A DNA stretch of 64,000 nt from positions 38,068,001 to 38,132,000 of the forward strand of contig NC_043000.1 in the NCBI RefSeq assembly GCF_006345805.1, read 5' to 3'. Position 1 is the stretch's first letter. Each line of letters starts with the position of its first letter. The notes under the pieces were generated by a model. It ran no database searches and was not told the origin of the DNA. It saw nothing but the letters and a program-made list of their open reading frames with translations. The DNA is from Octopus sinensis (Eukaryota). This document shows, in pieces, positions 56,015 to 64,000 of this stretch. Made by a program: the position numbers and the translations under genes.

Positions 56015-56553
56015 ATATATAATAGATATATATACACACAGACACCACACACACACACACACACACATACACACCACACACACACACACACACAAAACAC
56101 ACACAGGACACACAGAGACACACCACAAACACCCCTCCACAGAATGATCATAGAAAGTGTGACCCCAAATGACATTTGCCAGGCCAACCTATGCAAACAC
56201 ACACACTCAGTGACATTGAAATGGACGCCAAAGTTCTTATAAAACCACAGGGGGTCCAGCAGACCAACGGAAATAATACTTCTTCACTTCAGATATAATG
56301 CGCACACACACACACACGACAACACACACACACACACACACACATACACACATATTTTTTCTCTCTGTCTCACTTCCTCCTCACCCACTACTACGAAACT
56401 ATAAAAAGTTTCAAACTACCCACAACTGATTTGATTTGAAAACCCACTAGAATGGGAGCAAGCGCTAATCCGAATGATATGATATATATGTAAAAAATGT
56501 AATATATAAATAAATATCTACAAATATGAACCATCTGATCTGATTACCTCAAT

Positions 56554-56585
<32 letters not shown>

Positions 56586-56866
56586 ATTAATTAATAAGGG
56601 TGAGAGAATTAGATACTAATTTAATAGTATATCTATTCAACACCAAGTGGCCTAGTGTTCCGAGAAACCTGGATTATTATAATATTTTATAACATATTAT
56701 AATATTTTTACAAAATAAATATAAGAGAGTGGTCACTAAATGGCTCACTCTAACACCAGTTAATCCAAAAGGTTTCAACCACGAAAATACATGTTTCCCA
56801 TGAAAGTCAGTACGATTGTTAGCTCACACGGACAGGGCAAATAAACAATAACAAAAATACAGATTA

Positions 56867-56950
56867 TTTTGGGACAATTGTTTCGCTATTAATGAATTAA
56901 ATGTAATTTTACTTACAAAAAAAAATCCATTTGTAGCTCGTCAGCCAAAA
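56867..56950 (-). ncRNA. Type I hammerhead ribozyme, array copy 1
   Basis: Minus: UUUUGG-CUGACGA-GCUA..UAGC-GAAA-CAAUUG-UC-CCAAAA. Confidence 0.88.
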
Positions 56951-57406
56951 CTATCTGGATGAAATCCCTCAATCAATCACACGCCAGATTTTACCATAAC
57001 GATAAATACGCGTGTGGTTCAATTGATTACATCCGACGTTATAATTCAAATGCCCCAACTAACAGCGCGCCAAACTTTCACGGAAAACAAATACAGCATT
57101 TAGAAATAACAACTGCAGCATAATTATAATTATTAATAAGGGTGAGAGAATTAGATACTAATTTAATAGTATATCTATTCACACCAAGTGGCCTAGTGCT
57201 CCGAGAAACCGGATTATTATAATATTTTATAACATATATAATATTTTTACAAAATAAATATAAGAGAGAGAGGTCACTAATGGCTCACTCTAGCACCAGT
57301 TATCCAAAAGGTTTCAACCACGAAAATACATGTTTCCCATGAAAGTCAGTACGATTGTTAGCTCACACGGACAGGGCAAATAAAACAATAACAAAAATAC
57401 AGATTA

Positions 57407-57488
57407 TTTTGGGACAATTGTTTCGCTATTAATGAATTAAATGTAATTTACTTACAAAAAAAATCCATTTGTAGCTCGTCAGCCAAAA
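57407..57488 (-). ncRNA. Type I hammerhead ribozyme, array copy 2
   Basis: Same intact motif. Confidence 0.88.
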
Positions 57489-57939
57489 CTATCTGGATGA
57501 AATCCACTCAATCACACGCCAGATTTTACCATAACGATAAATACGCGTGTGGTTCAATTGATTACATCCGACGTTATAATTCAAATGCCCCAACTAACAG
57601 CCGCGCCAACTTTCACGGAAAACAAATACAGCATTTAGAAATAACTGCAGCATAATTATAATTAATTAATAAGGGTGAGAGAATTAGATACTAATTTAAT
57701 AGTATATCTATTCAACACCAAGTGGCCTAGTGCTCCGAGAAACCTGGATTATTATAATATTTTATAACATATTATAATATTTTTACAAAATAAATATAAG
57801 AGAGAGGTCACTAAATGGCTCACTCTAGCACCAGTTAATCCAAAAGGTTTCAACCACGAAAATACATGTTTCCCATGAAAGTCAGTACGATTGTTAGCTC
57901 ACACGGACAGGGCAAATAAAAAAACAAAAATACAGATTA

Positions 57940-58021
57940 TTTTGGGACAATTGTTTCGCTATTAATGAATTAAATGTAATTTTACTTACAAAAAAAATCC
58001 ATTGTAGCTCGTCAGCCAAAA
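57940..58021 (-). ncRNA. Type I hammerhead ribozyme, array copy 3
   Basis: Same intact motif. Confidence 0.88.
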
Positions 58022-58467
58022 CTATCTGGATGAAATCCACTCAATCACACGCCAGATTTTACCATAACGATAAATCGCGTGTGGTTCAATTGATTACATC
58101 CGACGTTATAATTCAAATGCCCCAACTAACAGCGCGCCAAACTTTCACGGAAAACAAATACAGCATTTAGAAATAAGTGCAGCATAATTATAATTAATTA
58201 ATAAGGGTGAGAGAAAGATACTAATTTAATAGTAATATCTATTCAACACCATGGCCCTAGTGCTCCGAGAAACCTGGATTATTAATATTTTATAACATAT
58301 TATAATATTTTTACAAAATAAATATAGAGAGTGGTCACTAAATGGCTCACTCTAGCACCAGTTAATCCAAAAGGTTTCAACCACGAAAATACATGTTTCC
58401 CATGAAAGTCAGTACGATTGTTAGCTCACACGGACAGGGCAAATAAAAAATAACAAAATACAGATTA

Positions 58468-58550
58468 TTTTGGGACAATTGTTTCGCTATTAATGAATTA
58501 AATGTAATTTTACTTACAAAAAAAATCCATTTGTAGCTCGTCAGCCAAAA
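58468..58550 (-). ncRNA. Type I hammerhead ribozyme, array copy 4
   Basis: Same intact motif. Confidence 0.88.
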
Positions 58551-59003
58551 CTATCTGGATGAAATCCACTCAATCACACGCCAGATTTTACATAACGATA
58601 ATACGCGTGTGGTTCAATTGATTACATCCGACGTTATAATTCAAATGCCCCAACTAACAGCGCGCCAAACTTTCACGGAAAACAAATACAGCATTTAGAA
58701 ATAAATGCAGCAGCATAATTATAATTAATTAATAAGGGTGAGAGAATTAGATACTAATTTAATAGTATATCTATTCAACACCAAGTGGCCTAGTGCTCCG
58801 AGAAACCTGGATTATTATAATATTTTATAACATATTATAATATTTTTACAAAATAAATATAAGAGAGTGGTCACTATATGGCTCACTCTAGCACCAGTTT
58901 TCCAAAAGGTTTCAACCACGAAAATACATGTTTCCCATGAAAGTCAGTACGATTGTTAGCTCACACGGACAGGGCAAATAAAAAATAACCAAAATACAGA
59001 TTA

Positions 59004-59087
59004 TTTTGGGACAATTGTTTCGCTATTAATGAATTAAATGTAATTTTACTTACAAAAAAAATCCATTTGTACTCTCGTCAGCCAAAA
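59004..59087 (-). ncRNA. Type I hammerhead, array copy 5 (stem II altered)
   Basis: Plus reads gtactctcgtcag instead of gtagctcgtcag, breaking GCUA/UAGC. Confidence 0.6.
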
Positions 59088-59534
59088 CTATCTGGATGAA
59101 ATCCACTCAATCACACGCCAGATTTTACCATAACGATAAATACGCGTGTGGTTCAATTGATTACATCCGACGTTATATTCAAATGCCCCCACTAACAGCG
59201 CGCCAAACTTTCACGGAAAACAATACAGCATTTAGAAATAAGTGCAGCATATTATAATTAATTAATAAGGGTGAGAGAATTAGATACTAATTTAATAGTA
59301 TATCTATTCAACACCAAGTGGCCTAGTGCTCCGAGAAACCTGGATTATTATAATATTTTATAACATATTATAATATTTTTACAAAATAAATATAAGGAGT
59401 GGTCACTAAATGGCTCACTCTAGCACCAGTTAATCCAAAAGGTTTCAACCACGAAAATACATGTTTCCCATGAAAGTCAGTACGATGTTAGCTCACACGG
59501 ACAGGGCAAATAAACAATAACAAAATACAGATTA

Positions 59535-59617
59535 TTTTGGGACAATTGTTTCGCTATTAATGAATTAAATGTAATTTTACTTACAAAAAAAATCCATTTG
59601 TAGCTCGTCAGCCAAAA
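59535..59617 (-). ncRNA. Type I hammerhead ribozyme, array copy 6
   Basis: Same intact motif. Confidence 0.88.
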
Positions 59618-60456
59618 CTATCTGGATGAAATCCACTCAATCACACGCCAGATTTTACCATAACGATAAATACACGTGTGGTTCAATTGATTACATCCGA
59701 CGTTATAATTCAAATGCCCCAACTAACAGCGCGCCAAACTTTCACGGAAAACAAATACAGCATTTAGAAATAACTGCAGCATAATTATAATTAATTAATA
59801 AGGGTGAGAGAATTAGATACTAATTTAATAGTATATCTATTCAACACCAAGTGGCCTAGTGCTCCGAGAAACCTGGATTATTATAATATTTTATAACATA
59901 TTTTAAATATTTTACAAAATAATATAAGAGAGTGGTCACTAAATGGCTCACTCTAGCACCAGTTAATCCAAAAGGTTTCAACCACGAAAATACAATTGTC
60001 CCAAAATAATCTGTATTTTTGTTATTGTTTATTTGCCCTGTCCGTGTGAGCTAACAATCGTACTGACTTTCATGGAAACATGTATTTTCGTGGTTGAAGC
60101 CTTTTGGATTAACTGGTGCTAGAGTGAGCCATTTAGTGACCACTCTCTTATATTTATTTTGTAAAAATATTATATATGTTATAAAATATTATAATAATCC
60201 AGGTTTCTCGGAGCACTAGGCCACTTGGTGTTGAATAGATATACTATTAAATTAGTATCTAATTCTCTCACCCTTATTAATTATTATAATTATGCTGCAG
60301 TTATTTCTAAATGCTGTATTTGTTTTCCGTGAAAGTTTGGCGCGCTGTTAGTTGGGGCATTTGAATTATAACGTCGGATGTAATCAATTGAACCACACGC
60401 GTATTTATCGTTATGGTAAAATCTGGCGTGTGATTGAGTGGATTTCATCCAGATAG

Positions 60457-60537
60457 TTTTGGCTGACGAGCTACAAATGATTTTTTTGTAAGTAAAATTA
60501 CATTTAATTCATTAATAGCGAAACAATTGTCCCAAAA
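60457..60537 (+). ncRNA. Type I hammerhead ribozyme, array copy 7 (predicted cleavage after 60531)
   Basis: ttttgg ctgacga gcta..tagc gaaa caattg tc ccaaaa. Confidence 0.88.
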
Positions 60538-60987
60538 TAATCTGTATTTTTGTTTTATGTTTATTTGCCCTGTCCGTGTGAGCTAACAATCGTACTGACT
60601 TTCATGGGAAACATGTATTTTCGTGTTTGAAACCTTTTGGATTAACTGGTGCTAGAGTGAGCCATTTAGTGACCACTCTCTTATATTATTTTGTAAAAAT
60701 TATAATATGTTATAAAATATTATAATAATCCAGGTTTCTCGGAGCACTAGGCCACTTGGTGTTGAATAGATATACTATTAAATTAGTATCTAATTCTCTC
60801 ACCCTTATTAATTAATTATAATTATGCTGCACTATTTCTAAATGCTGTATTTGTTTTCCGTGAAAGTTTGGCGCGCTGTTAGTTGGGGCATTTGAATTAT
60901 AACGTCGGATGTAATCAATTGAACCACACGCGTATTTATCGTTATGGTAAAATCTGGCGTGTGATTGAGTGGATTTCATCCAGATAG

Positions 60988-61070
60988 TTTTGGCTGACGA
61001 GCTACAAATGGATTTTTTTTGTAAGTAAAATTACATTTAATTCATTAATAGCGAAACAATTGTCCCAAAA
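60988..61070 (+). ncRNA. Type I hammerhead ribozyme, array copy 8 (predicted cleavage after 61064)
   Basis: Same intact motif. Confidence 0.88.
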
Positions 61071-61519
61071 TAATCTGTATTTTTGTTATTGTTTATTTGC
61101 CCTGTCCGTGTGAGCTAACAATCGTACTGACTTTCATGGGAAACATGTATTTTCGTGGTTGAAACCTTTTGGAATAACTGGTGCTAGAGTGAGCCATTTA
61201 GTGACCACTCTCTTATATTTATTTTGTAAAAATATTATAATATGTTATAAAATATTATAATAATCCAGGTTTCTCGGAGCACTAGGCCACTTGGTGTTGA
61301 ATAGATATACTATTAAATTAGTATCTAATTCTCTCCCCTTATTAATTAATTATAATTATGCTGCACTTATTTCTAAATGCTGTATTTGTTTTCCGTGAAA
61401 GTTTGGCGCGCTGTTAGTTGGGGCATTGAATTATAACGTCGGATGTAATCATTGAACCACACGCGTATTTATCGTTATGGTAAAATTGGCGTGTGATTGA
61501 GTAGATTTCATCCAGATAG

Positions 61520-61605
61520 TTTTGGCTGACGAGCTACAAATGGATTTTTTGTTGTAAAAAATTACATTTAATTCATTATTTAATAGCGAAACAATTGTCC
61601 CAAAA
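61520..61605 (+). ncRNA. Type I hammerhead ribozyme, array copy 9 (predicted cleavage after 61599)
   Basis: Core and stems intact; loop II variant. Confidence 0.85.
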
Positions 61606-61799
61606 TAATCTGTATTTTGTTTATTGTTTATTTGCCCTGTCCGTGTGAGCTAACAATCGTACTGACTTCATGGGAAACATGTATTTTCGTGGTTGAAACC
61701 TTTTGGATTAACTGGTGCTAGAGTGAGCCATTTAGTGACCACTCTCTTATATTTATTTTATATATATATATATATATATTTATGTGTGTGTGTGTGTGT

Positions 61800-61930
61800 G
61801 TTAAATAAACTGAAACAACAAAGCTAAGGCTGTGAAATTTTCAGGACATTCGTAAACGGAGAGTTAGTCTTAAGCTGTTTCTGGGACATTAGGGATATCC
61901 CTTCATCAGAGACGATGTGAGATGGCTAAA
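61800..61930 (-). mobile_element. Family E Penelope-like fragment with a hammerhead remnant
   Basis: Minus gtct-ctgatga-agggatat..gtccca-gaaa-cagct-ta-agac; homologous to 21545-21660. Confidence 0.6.
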
Positions 61931-62570
61931 TAGAAGGAAATATTAGAGTTCAATATAAGGAATTATTTTGGAAAAGCGAATAAGGTGTATAGAGAATGAA
62001 TGTAGAAATGAAAATAAAAAATATATAAATATCTTATAGTTGCACTTCCATTATTCAAAGAAAGTACTGTGTAGAAGCGGTGGAAATGTTTCCTGTCTGT
62101 GGTATGTAAATTCTAATAGAAGTTCATATTTTGTCATCACAAATGGAAAGTGTGTAGACGCAGATTCCAGGTGCTGTTCATTCAAAAGGGGTTTGTGGTG
62201 TGAATGAAAATTTGGGAATGTAGTATTAGTAGTAAGTGGATAGAGAGGGGAGAAGATATGTGTATGTTAAAATGGGGAGAGAGGTCAAAAGGAAAAGGTG
62301 AGAAAAAAGAAGTAAAGAAAGAGGAAGAGAAAATAAAAACAAGAAGAGAAAATGTAGAAAAAAGAAGAGAAAATTAGGAAAAAGAAAGAGTGAAAAAAAA
62401 GTGAAAAAGCGAAAAAAGGTGTGTTAGTTGGTGGTCAAGATATGAAGGATGGGAGAGGAGTAGCGGAGAGGTAGGAAGTATAAGAATTTTAAGTAATAAA
62501 TACGTGTTACCTGCCACCTTGGGTCTCCTTGATACTAATACCTCTCATATATATATATATACACACACAC

Positions 62571-62615
<45 letters not shown>

Positions 62616-62644
62616 CATTATATATATATATACATAGTGAGAGA

Positions 62645-63085
62645 GAGGGGCGCAGACGTGCCTGTGTGGTAAGAAGCTTGCTTCCCAACCACATGGTTCT
62701 GAGTTCAGTCTCATTGCGTGGCACCTTGGGTAGGTGTCTTCTAATATAGCCTCGGGCCAACCAAAAGCTTTTGAGTGGATTTGATAGAGGGAAACTGAAA
62801 AGAAGCCCGTTGTGTATGTGTATATATGCGTGTGTATATGTATGTATTTATGTATATATGTATGTATGTGTGCATGTATTTGTGTGTCCGTGTTTGTCTC
62901 ACCCACCATCCCTTGACAACCGATGTTGTGTTTACGCCCCCGTAACTTAGCAGATCGGCAAAATAGACCTATAGAATAAGTACTGGACTTACAAGAATTT
63001 GTCCAGGTGTAGATTCATTCGACTAAAGTCGGTGCTCCAACATGGCCAGAGTCAAATGATTGAAATAAGTAAAAGAATAACAGAA
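62645..63085 (+). mobile_element. Family B SINE
   Basis: ggcgcagacgtgcctgtgtggtaag..gagttcagtctc..ccttgggtaggtg..gactgaaa-like tail. Confidence 0.75.
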
Positions 63086-63414
63086 TAAACGTACATACAC
63101 ACATACATACTTATATAAAATATAGTTAGGGTGCGTATATTATATATTATACATTTATACACGAAGCACACATGCATATAATATAAAATGTATGTATATA
63201 TATATGTGTGTGTGTATACATGTTCATATGTAAGTATAAATACACACAACACACACATATATATAATATATTATATATATATATATCATCATATATTATA
63301 TATATGCGTATTTATATATGTACATACGTTCATACACATACATATACACACACGCGCAGTTATATACACCCGTATATACATATATACATACAATACATAT
63401 ATTAATATATATAT

Positions 63415-63494
<80 letters not shown>

Positions 63495-64000
63495 TTATAG
63501 ATATAGTTATGTATATATACTATTTTATAAAATGCATAAATATTGTGTTTGTTCTCTTTTCTATTTCCTTGGTTTTGCGTGAAAAGGTTTTCCGGTGTCA
63601 CTATCATCCGTTTCCTATTTTCTGACATTGAGAATTAATGAAGATGTTAGGTCAGGGGTCAGGTGAAGCTAACAGATTAATATTACTTCTTATCTTTACT
63701 AAACAACTAGAAACATCTATCGATACAGTCGTATCGTTCAGCAAACCAAATCTCCAATAGATACGTTATCTTTTTGACTTGCTTTCTGTTTTCACCCTGC
63801 TTTGCATTTAATAAAAGAAAAAAAAAAGAACAAGCTAGTATTGATAGTAAGATATAACGTCGACAGCAACAACTGCCCAAGATATTCACACGCACATGTG
63901 TATACGTACATGCATAAATATATATATATATATGCATACACGTATCTATGTATAAAAGTATTTGTCTCACAACACTTATATGTAAGTTGTTTATAAATAT

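Larger units (their letters stand above)
56585..61759. mobile_element. Palindromic tandem array of a ~533-bp hammerhead-bearing unit (retrozyme/Penelope pLTR-like)
   Basis: Marker aagggtgag at 56596, 57138, 57671, 58203, 58734, 59267, 59800; orientation flips at ~59993; ~6.4 units left, ~3.3 units right; (TA)n at both ends. Confidence 0.92.

Noticed and set aside
59975-60010. Inversion as a pure long-read fold-back artefact
   Set aside because: Arms are unequal, outer flanks are unrelated and the centre has an asymmetric spacer; disfavoured but not excluded without reads
60050-60095. Second hammerhead in the unit at ggaaacatgta (GAAA + palindrome + UA)
   Set aside because: No CUGANGA-like core or stem II upstream (ctgactt only)
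56585-61759. CRISPR array or ordinary satellite
   Set aside because: No unique spacers; units are whole 533-bp copies, and each holds a multi-helix hammerhead that a plain satellite would not explain

Overview
Eukaryotic, microsatellite-saturated DNA with no supportable host gene. Repeat families and (TA)n/(CA)n/(TAA)n density resemble cephalopod (octopus-like) genomes; this is recognition, not a search. Most ORFs in the track are translated microsatellites. Real coding remnants are all mobile: R4/Dong-clade non-LTR retrotransposons piled into (TAA)n tracts (7.1-19.5 kb), RTE LINE remnants, a decayed Tc1 transposon and a deleted pogo/Tc2 element. Many tRNA-derived SINEs are present. The standout is a 5.2-kb palindrome (56585-61759) built from a ~533-bp non-coding tandem unit. 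Each unit carries a type I hammerhead ribozyme (CUGACGA core, GUC site, 13-bp stem I, palindromic stem III), and the array inverts about 8 nt upstream of a predicted cleavage site. This looks like a retrozyme/Penelope-type system. Related fold-back elements are scattered across the window, including a tRNA-headed SINE ending in a hammerhead and a palindrome with a compensatory U3:A8 core. All folds were paired by eye; no activity or novelty search was run, and SINE boundaries are approximate.
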